64,000 bases of DNA from Trueperaceae bacterium (GTDB taxonomy: Bacteria > Deinococcota > Deinococci > Deinococcales > Trueperaceae). A program made the translations under genes and the position numbers. Shown piece after piece: positions 31,358 to 39,395 of this stretch. The notes under the pieces are model-generated. The model searched no databases. It worked only from the letters and a program-made list of their open reading frames with translations, and was not told where the DNA came from. Each line of letters opens with the position of its first letter. Position 1 is the first letter of the stretch. Location of the stretch: contig JAXHNB010000006.1 in the NCBI GenBank assembly GCA_034520945.1, positions 832,001 to 896,000 on the forward strand, in the 5' to 3' direction.

Positions 31358-31855
31358 GTGAAGCCGTGGGTGTGGGTGGTGAACGCGGGGCGGCGCACCG
31401 TGCGGGGTCTGCACCCGGCGTGGGCGCGACCGGACGACGTGTGGGCCGAGGCGTGGCTTCCTGGGCCGGAAGCGGCCCTGTACCGGCGCATGGACCCGCG
31501 CGACCGCGACCATGCCGTGCAGGTCGCCCGGGCGGTGCTGGCCCGTCACCCCCGGGCCGGCGCGGAGGTCGTGCGCGCGGCGCTGCTGCACGACGTCGGC
31601 AAGAGCGGCCGGCGCTACCGTGTGATCGAGCGGGTCGCGACGCACCTCGTACGCTGGCGGCCTGCGCGGGAGGGGGAAGCGAGCGGCGGGCTGCGCGGCG
31701 CGTGGCAGGTCGCGGCCCATCATGCCCGCGACGGGGCCCGATGGATTCGCGAGGCGGGGGGGTCGCCCCGGGTGGCGGAGCTGGTGGCGCGGCACGAACG
31801 CCCCGGCGGCGACGTCGAGGCGGCGTGGCTGCGGGACGCGGATCGTCGCACGTGA
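31358..31855 (+). CDS. Small HD-domain phosphohydrolase
   Basis: H..V, ALLHDVGK, HH, H, DAD; TATGCT 7 nt before the GTG. Confidence 0.82.
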   Translation: MKPWVWVVNAGRRTVRGLHPAWARPDDVWAEAWLPGPEAALYRRMDPRDRDHAVQVARAVLARHPRAGAEVVRAALLHDVGKSGRRYRVIERVATHLVRWRPAREGEASGGLRGAWQVAAHHARDGARWIREAGGSPRVAELVARHERPGGDVEAAWLRDADRRT

Positions 31856-33171
31856 CGGCTTCGGCGCCGGGTCCCGCCACCCGCTGGTTGTTCGCGCGGC
31901 AACGCTTCGGGATCACGCCTGGCCTGGACGGTGTTCGGGCGCTGCTCGCGCGGTTGGGGAACCCCGAGGCACGCTTCGACGCCGTCCTGGTCGCTGGCAC
32001 CAACGGCAAGGGCGCGACCACCGCGGCGTTGGCGGAGATGCTGCGGCAGGCGGGCGTCCGCACCGGACGGTTCGTCAGCCCCCACCTGAGCGAGCCCGGC
32101 GAGCGTGTGGTGGTGGACGGCGTGCCCATGTCCCCCGCCGCGTTCGAAGCGGCTGCGGCTCGGATTCGACCGCACGTGGAGGCCACCGGGGCGACGTTCT
32201 TCGAGGCGCTGACGGCCATGGCCTGCCAGGCGTTCGCCCGGGCGGGATGCCGGACGGTCGTGGCGGAGGTCGGCATGGGCGGGCGTTGGGATGCCACCAA
32301 CGCGCTGGAACCGGTGGCGTCCCTGATCACCTCGGTGGGGCTGGACCACACCGAACGCTTGGGCGACACCGTGGCGGAGGTGGCCGGAGAGAAGGCGGGG
32401 ATCCTGCGCAGCGGCCGTCCCGCCTGGACGTCCGCACGGGGCGACGCGCTGGACGCCCTCCGCGCCCGGGCGCGGAGCCTGGGCGCACCGCTCCGCAGCC
32501 TTCACGACCCCGAGGTGGAGGTGTCGATTCGGCTTCGCGGCTGGGAGGGATTGGAGGTCGACGTCGCCCAGGGCGGGGAGGGGGCGACCCTTCGCAGCCC
32601 CTGGCTGGGGCGGCACCAGGGCGAGAATCTTGCGCTGGCCGCGCTCGGGGCCCGCGAGCTGGGGGTCGGCTGGGACGCCGTCCGCGCCGGCGCGGCGTCG
32701 GCCACGTGGCCCGGCCGGCTCGAACGGATCGCGCCGGCCCGACCCGACCTGCCGGCCGTTCGCCTCCTGCTGGACGGGGCGCACAATCCCGACGCCGCCC
32801 GCGCCCTGGCGAGCACGCTGGAGGCGCTGTCGTCGAGGCCGGAGCTGGTGTTCGGCGCGTCCAGCGACAAGGACGTCCGCGGGGTCCTAGGGGCCCTGGC
32901 ACCCCACGTCACGCAGCTGCATGCGACCCGGGCGCGCCTCAGCCCGCGCGCCCTGTCGGCGGCGGAGGTCGCGGCCGAGGCGGCCGCATGTGGGATTCCC
33001 GTGGCCGGGCACTACCAGGATCCCCGCGAGGCGGTGACGGCAGCGATGTGGGCGGCGCACGGCGCTGGGTCCGCCGCGGGCGTGTTGGTGGCCGGAAGCC
33101 TGTACTTGGTGGGCGAGGTGCGCCCCTGGCTTCTCGGCGAAGCGTCGCCCGCGTTCGAGCGGTGGCAGTAG
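31852..33171 (+). CDS. folC: Folylpolyglutamate/dihydrofolate synthase
   Basis: GTNGKG, SPHL, TFFE, EVGMGGRWDATN, DH..LG, WPGRLE, DGAHNP, GSLYLVG. Confidence 0.95.
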   Translation: MTASAPGPATRWLFARQRFGITPGLDGVRALLARLGNPEARFDAVLVAGTNGKGATTAALAEMLRQAGVRTGRFVSPHLSEPGERVVVDGVPMSPAAFEAAAARIRPHVEATGATFFEALTAMACQAFARAGCRTVVAEVGMGGRWDATNALEPVASLITSVGLDHTERLGDTVAEVAGEKAGILRSGRPAWTSARGDALDALRARARSLGAPLRSLHDPEVEVSIRLRGWEGLEVDVAQGGEGATLRSPWLGRHQGENLALAALGARELGVGWDAVRAGAASATWPGRLERIAPARPDLPAVRLLLDGAHNPDAARALASTLEALSSRPELVFGASSDKDVRGVLGALAPHVTQLHATRARLSPRALSAAEVAAEAAACGIPVAGHYQDPREAVTAAMWAAHGAGSAAGVLVAGSLYLVGEVRPWLLGEASPAFERWQ

Positions 33172-33185
33172 GCCGGCCCGCGCCG

Positions 33186-33821
33186 TCAGCGCGGCGTGTC
33201 GTCGGGCGCCGTTGCCCCTGGGGGTGGACGGCGGGCCGCCAGCAGGTGCTTCACGATCGAGATCGACGCGCCGGCGGCGGCCGCCGTGGCGACGGCGAAC
33301 GCCCGGTCGGGCACCCAGCCGGCGTTCGTCACCGCGGTGCCGGTCACGAAGGGAAACGCGAGCAGCGCGATCACCGCGGCGAGCGTGGCGCGTCGCAACA
33401 GCAGCACGAGCGCGACCAGGACCGCCAGTCCATAGCCGGCGGCGAGGGGCGCGACGGGCAGGAACATCCCGAACAGCGTCGCCAGCGCCTTGCCGCCGCG
33501 GAGTCCCGCGAAGCACGACCAGGCGTGCCCCAGGACCGCGCCGGTCCCGGCCGCCAGCGACGTCGGCAGCGGATCGACCGTCCCGGCCCACTGCGCCATG
33601 GCGCTCCCGAGGAGGACGGCGCCGGCCCCCTTGCCGGCGTCGCCGATCAGGACCAGCACGCCGGCGCCCCACCCCAGGTTGCGCGCGACGTTCATCGCGC
33701 CCATGTTGCCCGAGCCGAGCTGAAACACGTCACGCCCCCGTCCCCGCGCGATCCAGGCGGCGACCGGGATGCTGCCGATCAGGTACCCCGCGGCGAGCGC
33801 GGCGACCGCGTCCACGATCAC
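33186..33821 (-). CDS. plsY: Glycerol-3-phosphate acyltransferase PlsY
   Basis: YLIGSIP, GSGNMGAMN..R, D..KG, GH, GGKALAT, KH. Confidence 0.9.
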   Translation of the reverse strand: MIVDAVAALAAGYLIGSIPVAAWIARGRGRDVFQLGSGNMGAMNVARNLGWGAGVLVLIGDAGKGAGAVLLGSAMAQWAGTVDPLPTSLAAGTGAVLGHAWSCFAGLRGGKALATLFGMFLPVAPLAAGYGLAVLVALVLLLRRATLAAVIALLAFPFVTGTAVTNAGWVPDRAFAVATAAAAGASISIVKHLLAARRPPPGATAPDDTPR

Positions 33822-34576
33822 GCGTTCTCCGGGGCGTCGCGTTCGGCGTCGGCGCCCGCCTCGGCCCGCATGGCGGTGACGGCCTGCAGGCTGCGGAGCT
33901 GCTCGACGTGCCAGCCCACGTAGCGGGCCAGCAGGCGCCACTGCAACGCGCGGTCGACGAGGGGCTCGTTCAGGACGTCACGTGCGCGACCCGTGGCCAG
34001 GCGTCGCAGCCCGTAGGCCCCTTGGGGCGACAGGGCGATGCCCTCGCCGTCCCGCGTGAGCGTGCCGCCCGCGACATCGAAGCGTGCCGGCCCCTCGGCG
34101 CTTCCCTCCGGACCGGCGGCCACGGCGGGCCCGAGGCCCGCGACGCGCAGCATCATCCAAGCGTGCACCAGGGCGACGCGTTCGGGATCTCCGTCGGCGT
34201 TCAGACCGCGAAGGCCGCTGGCCAGCCAGGCGTGCAGCGGTTCGCCCAGGTGCACCTCCACGGCCAGCCGGTCGGCGAGCTCGGCCAGCGCGTGGGCGTA
34301 CGGGTACACGTCGGGGTCGGACAGGCGCGGCAAAGCGCCGTTCAAACGCACCTGCGTCACCACGGCCAGGTCGTCGTCTCGCCTGCGGTAGGCCTGCACG
34401 GTGACGTCGTGGAACAGCGACAGCCGACCGGGATTGCCGCCGGGCAGACGGCCCTTCCGGACGATGGCCCGCCACTTCCCGTCCTCGGAGAGCAAGGTGA
34501 CCACCACGTCGCCGGAGGGAAGGGGCGTGCGCCTGAGGACGATGCCGTCGCGCACGCGGTAGCGGCTGCTGGCCAT
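33818..34576 (-). CDS. recO: DNA repair protein RecO
   Basis: N-terminal OB-like GIVLRR...GD...LLS..GK; Deinococcota-like GRLSLFH.V.VQ.Y; C-terminal LRS. Confidence 0.85.
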   Translation of the reverse strand: MASSRYRVRDGIVLRRTPLPSGDVVVTLLSEDGKWRAIVRKGRLPGGNPGRLSLFHDVTVQAYRRRDDDLAVVTQVRLNGALPRLSDPDVYPYAHALAELADRLAVEVHLGEPLHAWLASGLRGLNADGDPERVALVHAWMMLRVAGLGPAVAAGPEGSAEGPARFDVAGGTLTRDGEGIALSPQGAYGLRRLATGRARDVLNEPLVDRALQWRLLARYVGWHVEQLRSLQAVTAMRAEAGADAERDAPENA

Positions 34577-34658
34577 GGCCTATCGCGGGGCGCGCCGGGC
34601 GCCCGGCCGCCTACGGCCGCCTCGGCCACGCCCGCGGCCGTGGCGGGGCGTGCGCATC

Positions 34659-37658
34659 TCAGCCCTCGGCCTGGCGTCGCGCCTTGCCGTGGGCCATGCG
34701 GAGCTTGAACATGCCTCGCTTGTGCCGCGTCGCCACCTCGTCCTCTTGGAGGCCGAGCTCGTTCGCGACCGCCTGGGTGGACGCCGCGCCGTGCCCGTTC
34801 ATGCCCTCCTTGCGCACGACCACCTCCCGGTCCGGCGCGTCGAGCAGGTCGAGGTGTTCGGCCAGCTGCTGGGGGGAGGCCTTGGGCGTGGCGGCCTTCT
34901 TGGTGCCCGTCGCCTTCTTGCCGCTCGCCTTCTTGCCGCTCGCCTTCTTGCCCGCGGTCTTGGTGCCGGCCGCCTTCTTGCCGGCCGCCTTCTTGCTGGA
35001 CGCGGTGGTGCTGCCGCGGTCTCGGCTCGAGCCCTGTGCCTTGGCCGTCCCCTTGCCGCGCGAGGCGCCGCGTCCCTTGCCGCTGGCCTTGCGTGCTTCG
35101 CGGGCGGCCAGCAGTTCGAGCGCCGTCTCCAACGTCATCTCGTCCGGCTTCTGGTCCTTGCGCAACGAGGCGTTGGTCTTGCCGTGCTTGACGTACGGGC
35201 CGAAGCGACCGTCGTGGAGCTCGACGGGTGCGTCGCTCTCGGGGTGCGTGCCCAGCGTGGCGAGCGGCTCGCGGCGTCCGCGGGACCGTTTGGCGGCCAG
35301 CAGCTGCGCGGCGCGTTCGGGCTCGATCTCGAGCACGTCGTCGCCCTCTTCGAGCGAGGCGTAGGTGCGTTCGTGCCGGACGTACGGCCCGTAGCGGCCG
35401 ATGCCGGCATGGATCGCCTTTCCGGTCTCCGGGTGGGCGCCGACGGGGCGAGGGAGGTCCAGCAGGCGGCGCGCGAGGGACGCGTCCACCTCGGCGGGCT
35501 CGACGCCCGGTGGCAGCGACACGCGTTTGGGCTTGCCCTCCTGATCACTGGGACCCAACTGCAGGTAGGGGCCGTACGGCCCGTTCTTGAGGAGCATCAC
35601 GGGGCCGTCCTCATGGGTGCCGAGCTCCACGTCCCCCTGTCGTTCCCGCGCGATCAGCTCGTCGAGCTGCTCCTTGGTCACGTCCGCAGGGGGCCATTCG
35701 GCGGGCACGGAGGTGGTGATGCGCTCGCCGTCCACGTGCGCCTCGACGTACGGGCCGTATCGTCCTACGCGAATCACGTACGGGTCCCAGCGCGCCGCGC
35801 GAATGGTGCTGATCTCCTTGGGATCGATGCCGTCGATGCCACGCGCCACCCGTGCTTCGATGCCCTCGTCGCCGCCGTAGAAGCCGCGCAGGTAGGGGAT
35901 CGCCTCGAGCGTGCCGGCGGCGATCTCGTCGAGCTTGGCCTCCATCTCGGCGGTGAACTCGGTGTCCACGAGCTGCGCGAACTGCTCCTCGAGCAGGTTG
36001 TTGGTCGCGAACGCCGTGAAGGTCGGCACCAACTGCGAACCGTTCTTGCGCACGTACCCCCGGCGCACGATGGTGTCGATGATGCTGGCGTAGGTGCTCG
36101 GACGGCCGATCCCTTCCTGCTCCAGCGTCTTGACGAGCGACGCCTCGGTGAACCTGGCGGGTGGACGGGTCTCGTGCCCACTGGGGGTCAGCGCCTCCGC
36201 CACCAGCGCCTGGCGTTCCTGCAGCGGGGGGAGCGGCTGGTCGCGGTCGTCGAGCGCGGCGTCGGGGTCGTCGCTGCCCTCCACGTAGGCGCGGAAGAAG
36301 CCCGGGAAGAGCACCGTCCGCCCGCTGGCGCGTAGCGACAGGGTGCGGCCTTCCGCCTCCGTCTCGATACGCGCCGTGACGAACTTCAGTTTCGCCTCGG
36401 CCATCTGGGTGGCGACCGTGCGCTTCCAGATCAGGTCGTACAGAGCGCGTTCGCGGCCCCTCAAGGCATGCTCGTCGGCGGTCCGCATCGTGGTGCCCGC
36501 GGGGCGGATGGCCTCGTGCGCTTCCTGGGTCCCGCGCGACTTGCTGCGGTACTGCCGCGGGCGGGTGGACAGGTAGTCGCTGCCGTAGAGCGCCTCGATG
36601 CGTGCCCGGCTGGCGTGGATCGCCTCGCCCGAGAGGTGCGTCGAGTCGGTTCGCATGTAGGTGATCAGCCCGCGCTCGTACAGCCCCTGTGCGACGCTCA
36701 TGGTGTCGCGCGCCGACAGGCCCAGCTTGCGGCTGGACTCCTGTTGAAGGGTCGACGTCGTGAACGGGGCCGAAGGGTGCCGCGTCTGCTCCTTCTCCTC
36801 CACGCTGCGGACCGTGAACGGCGCCTCAGCTGCCGCGTCCGCCAACCGCGTGGCCGTGTCGCCGCCGAGCAGGACGAGGTCGCGGCCCTCCTCCAGCCCG
36901 GGTGCCAGCCTGCCGGTGTCGGGATCGAAGTCCTTCCCGGCCGCCAGGCGGATCCCGTCCAGGTGCGTGAGGGTCGCGCCGAACGGCCGGGCGGCCCCCT
37001 CGGCGCCGCGCAGTGTCGCGTCGATACCCCAGTACGACGCCGGCACGAACGCCAGGCGCTCCTTCTCCCGCTGCACCAGGATGCGCACCGCCACCGACTG
37101 AACGCGCCCCGCCGAAAGGCGGGGGGCGATCTTGCGCCACAGCAGCGGGCTGATGGTGTAGCCCACCAGCCGGTCCAACAGGCGGCGGGTCTCCTGCGCC
37201 TCGACCAGGCTGCGGTCGATGTCGCGCGTGTCCGCCAGCGCGTTCTCGATCGCCTCCTCGGTGATCTCGTGGAACACCATGCGCTTCACGGGCACGTCGG
37301 GCTTCAGGAGCTCCAGCAGGTGCCACCCGATCGATTCGCCCTCGCGGTCCTCGTCCGTCGCGATGACCAACTCGTCCACGTTGCGGAGGGCCTTCTTGAG
37401 GTCGCGCACCACGTCCGGTTTCGTGACCACGTACAACGGCTCGAAGTCGTTGTCGACGCGCATGCCCAGACGGGCCCAGCTCTCGCCACGGTACCGGTCG
37501 GGGATGTCGTTCGCCGAGGCGGGCAGGTCGCGCACGTGGCCCATGCTGGCCATCACCTCGTACCTGCTGGGCAGGTAGCGGCGGATGGTCCGAGCTTTGG
37601 TGGGCGACTCCACGATGACGAGGCTTCGTCCCGAAGATGCGTTGGTCGTAGGTGCCAT
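34659..37658 (-). CDS. topA: DNA topoisomerase I with Topo_C repeats, Lys-rich linker and C-terminal HTH-like domain
   Basis: IVESPTKA, ATDEDREGE, SAGRVQS, ITYMRTDS, AHEAIRP, GRPSTY, four G(R/P)(Y/F)GPY repeats; ATG at 37658 after a GGAAGG SD. Confidence 0.96.
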   Translation of the reverse strand: MAPTTNASSGRSLVIVESPTKARTIRRYLPSRYEVMASMGHVRDLPASANDIPDRYRGESWARLGMRVDNDFEPLYVVTKPDVVRDLKKALRNVDELVIATDEDREGESIGWHLLELLKPDVPVKRMVFHEITEEAIENALADTRDIDRSLVEAQETRRLLDRLVGYTISPLLWRKIAPRLSAGRVQSVAVRILVQREKERLAFVPASYWGIDATLRGAEGAARPFGATLTHLDGIRLAAGKDFDPDTGRLAPGLEEGRDLVLLGGDTATRLADAAAEAPFTVRSVEEKEQTRHPSAPFTTSTLQQESSRKLGLSARDTMSVAQGLYERGLITYMRTDSTHLSGEAIHASRARIEALYGSDYLSTRPRQYRSKSRGTQEAHEAIRPAGTTMRTADEHALRGRERALYDLIWKRTVATQMAEAKLKFVTARIETEAEGRTLSLRASGRTVLFPGFFRAYVEGSDDPDAALDDRDQPLPPLQERQALVAEALTPSGHETRPPARFTEASLVKTLEQEGIGRPSTYASIIDTIVRRGYVRKNGSQLVPTFTAFATNNLLEEQFAQLVDTEFTAEMEAKLDEIAAGTLEAIPYLRGFYGGDEGIEARVARGIDGIDPKEISTIRAARWDPYVIRVGRYGPYVEAHVDGERITTSVPAEWPPADVTKEQLDELIARERQGDVELGTHEDGPVMLLKNGPYGPYLQLGPSDQEGKPKRVSLPPGVEPAEVDASLARRLLDLPRPVGAHPETGKAIHAGIGRYGPYVRHERTYASLEEGDDVLEIEPERAAQLLAAKRSRGRREPLATLGTHPESDAPVELHDGRFGPYVKHGKTNASLRKDQKPDEMTLETALELLAAREARKASGKGRGASRGKGTAKAQGSSRDRGSTTASSKKAAGKKAAGTKTAGKKASGKKASGKKATGTKKAATPKASPQQLAEHLDLLDAPDREVVVRKEGMNGHGAASTQAVANELGLQEDEVATRHKRGMFKLRMAHGKARRQAEG
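34887..34994 (-). repeat. 15-nt tandem repeats encoding (K/T)K(A/T)(A/S/T)G pentapeptides in the TopA tail
   Basis: Recurrent gccttcttgccg units on +; protein KKAAG KKAAG TKTAG KKASG KKASG KKATG TKKAA. Confidence 0.85.
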
Positions 37659-37683
37659 GCGGTCCCTTCCGGTTCGCGCCGCC

Positions 37684-37711
37684 ATTATATGGACGCCCGG
37701 CCTGAAGTCAA
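37684..37711 (-). promoter_or_regulatory. Promoter of topA
   Basis: TTGACT, 16-nt spacer, TATAAT, then a GC-rich discriminator GGCGGC. Confidence 0.75.
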
Positions 37712-37748
37712 GACGTCGCCACGGTCCGTGGGGTCGTGCGCTTACGGT

Positions 37749-38351
37749 TCAGAGCCGGCGTCGATGCGTGATGGCGCGCCCCAAGGTCACCTCGTCGGCG
37801 TACTCCAGATCGCCCCCGACCGGCAGACCGTACGCGATGCGCGACACGGGCACGTCGCGTTCGCCCAGCGAGCGCGCCAGGTACATCGCGGTCGCTTCGC
37901 CCTCCACCGTGGTGGAGGTGGCCAGGATGACCTCCTCGGCGGCGCCGTGCGTCAGGCGATCGAACAGCGCGGCGAGTGTGAGCTGCTCGGGGCCGATGCC
38001 GTTCATGGGCGACAGCGCGCCGTGCAGCACGTGGTACATGCCGCGGTACTCGCCGGAACGCTCGATGGCCAGCAGGTCCGCCGGGTGTTCCACCACGCAC
38101 ACGAGGCTGGCGTCTCGGTTCGGATCGTCACACACGTGGCACCGATCCTGTCCCTTCGTCATCACGTTGAAGCAGACCGGGCACCGCGCCAGCGACGCTT
38201 CGGCGTCGCGGATCGCCGACGCCAGCGCCTCGATCTCCTCGCTGGGTCGGTTGAACAGGTGGAACGCCAAGCGCTGCGCGCTCTTCGGCCCGATGCCGGG
38301 GAGCCTTCCCAATTCACGGATCAGGGTGGTCAGGGCCGGCGGGAAGCTCAC
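37749..38351 (-). CDS. recR: Recombination protein RecR
   Basis: LPGIGPKSAQRLA, CPVC..CHVC, YHVLHG, EGEATA, GLPVGGDLEYAD. Confidence 0.97.
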   Translation of the reverse strand: MSFPPALTTLIRELGRLPGIGPKSAQRLAFHLFNRPSEEIEALASAIRDAEASLARCPVCFNVMTKGQDRCHVCDDPNRDASLVCVVEHPADLLAIERSGEYRGMYHVLHGALSPMNGIGPEQLTLAALFDRLTHGAAEEVILATSTTVEGEATAMYLARSLGERDVPVSRIAYGLPVGGDLEYADEVTLGRAITHRRRL

Positions 38352-38358
38352 CTTCGGG

Positions 38359-38697
38359 TCAGAACTGGCCGGGCAGACCGCCCATGCCGCCCATGCCGCC
38401 GAGACCGCCCATGTCCCCCATGGCGCCGCCCATCTCCTCCTGCTGGAGCTCCTTGGCCTTGCGCTGCGCGTCCGCGACGGCGGCGGCGACCAGATCCTCG
38501 AGCAGTTCGGCGTCCTCGGGATCGATCGCGCTGGGATCGATGTGCACCTTGGTGACGTCGCCCGCCCCGGTGGCGGTCACGGTGACGAGGCCCCCGCCCG
38601 CGCTCCCCTCGACCGTCATCTCGGCCAGTCGTTCCTGGGCCTGCGACATCTTCTCTTGCGCCTTTTGCGCTTCCTTCATGAGCTTCTGGATGTTCAT
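38359..38697 (-). CDS. ybaB: YbaB/EbfC nucleoid-associated protein
   Basis: MNIQKLMKEAQK, EGSAGGGLV, DPEDAELLEDLV; lies between dnaX and recR. Confidence 0.93.
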   Translation of the reverse strand: MNIQKLMKEAQKAQEKMSQAQERLAEMTVEGSAGGGLVTVTATGAGDVTKVHIDPSAIDPEDAELLEDLVAAAVADAQRKAKELQQEEMGGAMGDMGGLGGMGGMGGLPGQF

Positions 38698-38744
38698 CCC
38701 GGCCACTGTACCCGGTCCGACGCCGCCGTCGCGTCCCCCGGCGG

Positions 38745-39389
38745 TCACGCCTCGGGGTCGGCGGCCGGCGCTGCGCCCGTTGCGTCTTCGGCGTCGGCAT
38801 CCGCCTCGGCCGCTGCCGTGGGCTCCGTCGCGACGGTCGCCGTGTCGGTCGCTGCGTCGTCCTCGCTGGGCGACGAGCCGGGATCCAGGGCCACCATCCG
38901 GCCGGGGAACAGCCGTTGCACCATCTCGAACGGATCGTCCGCTGTGGCGGTGGCTCCGGCCTCTGGGGCGGCCGCGGGCGCCCCGGGCTCCACGGCCGCG
39001 CCCGCGGGGCGCTCTTCCGGCGGAGCCGGGGCCGGAGGAGCGGCCGGCTCGTTCGGCGGCGGGGTCGACGGCGCCTCGTCCGACGGCGCCTCGTCCGACG
39101 GCGCTGCGTCCGATAACGCTGCGTCCGACGGCGCAGCCTCGGAGAACAGGTCGGCAGGCAGGTCTTCGTAGCTGGTGACGGCGTCGGCTGGGGGGCCCGA
39201 CGGGGCCGGGGCGCGGGCGGTGGCAGAGGGCGCATCGTCCTGCGGTGCGGCCCAAGCCTGCGCCGCCTTCTGTGCCGGCGCCGACGACGCCTCCGGTTTC
39301 GCTTCGGTCGTCTTCGGTGGTACCGGCGTGGGCGGTTCCGGCGTGGGCGGCGGGGCGGCGGGCCCTGAGCCCTGCCGCCCCGTCAGGCT
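38745..39389 (-). CDS. dnaX: Putative -1-frame C-terminal extension of DnaX (tau-specific part)
   Basis: 214 open codons with no start of their own, beginning at the A7 run; Pro/Ala/acidic linker ending in DDPFEMVQRLFPGRMV. Confidence 0.7.
   Translation of the reverse strand, partial: SLTGRQGSGPAAPPPTPEPPTPVPPKTTEAKPEASSAPAQKAAQAWAAPQDDAPSATARAPAPSGPPADAVTSYEDLPADLFSEAAPSDAALSDAAPSDEAPSDEAPSTPPPNEPAAPPAPAPPEERPAGAAVEPGAPAAAPEAGATATADDPFEMVQRLFPGRMVALDPGSSPSEDDAATDTATVATEPTAAAEADADAEDATGAAPAADPEA
39066..39143 (-). repeat. 15-nt tandem repeats encoding S(D/E)(A/E)AP in the DnaX extension
   Basis: gacggcgcctcgtcc / gacggcgctgcgtcc units on +. Confidence 0.75.
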
Positions 39390-39395
39390 TTTTTT
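39351..39395 (-). promoter_or_regulatory. Putative -1 frameshift/slippage signal of dnaX
   Basis: CGA AAA AAA GCC TGA (A7), then a 6-nt spacer and hairpin CGGGGCGGC-A-GGGC/TCAGG/GCCC-GCCGCCCCG. Confidence 0.75.

Noticed and set aside
37659..37685. topA start at ATG 37685 as in the ORF track
   Set aside because: That ATG lies inside the TATAAT -10 box; ATG 37658 has an SD.
38359..38430. GGM-rich C-terminus of YbaB resembling the GroEL tail
   Set aside because: Gly/Met-rich tails are common in YbaB/EbfC proteins.
34887..39143. 15-nt tandem repeats as a possible CRISPR or mobile repeat
   Set aside because: They are in-frame coding low-complexity repeats inside topA and the dnaX extension; no spacers or cas genes.
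39383..39395. dnaX as a frameshifted pseudogene
   Set aside because: It is an essential gene with an intact clamp-loader domain, and the break has slippery-site plus hairpin geometry.
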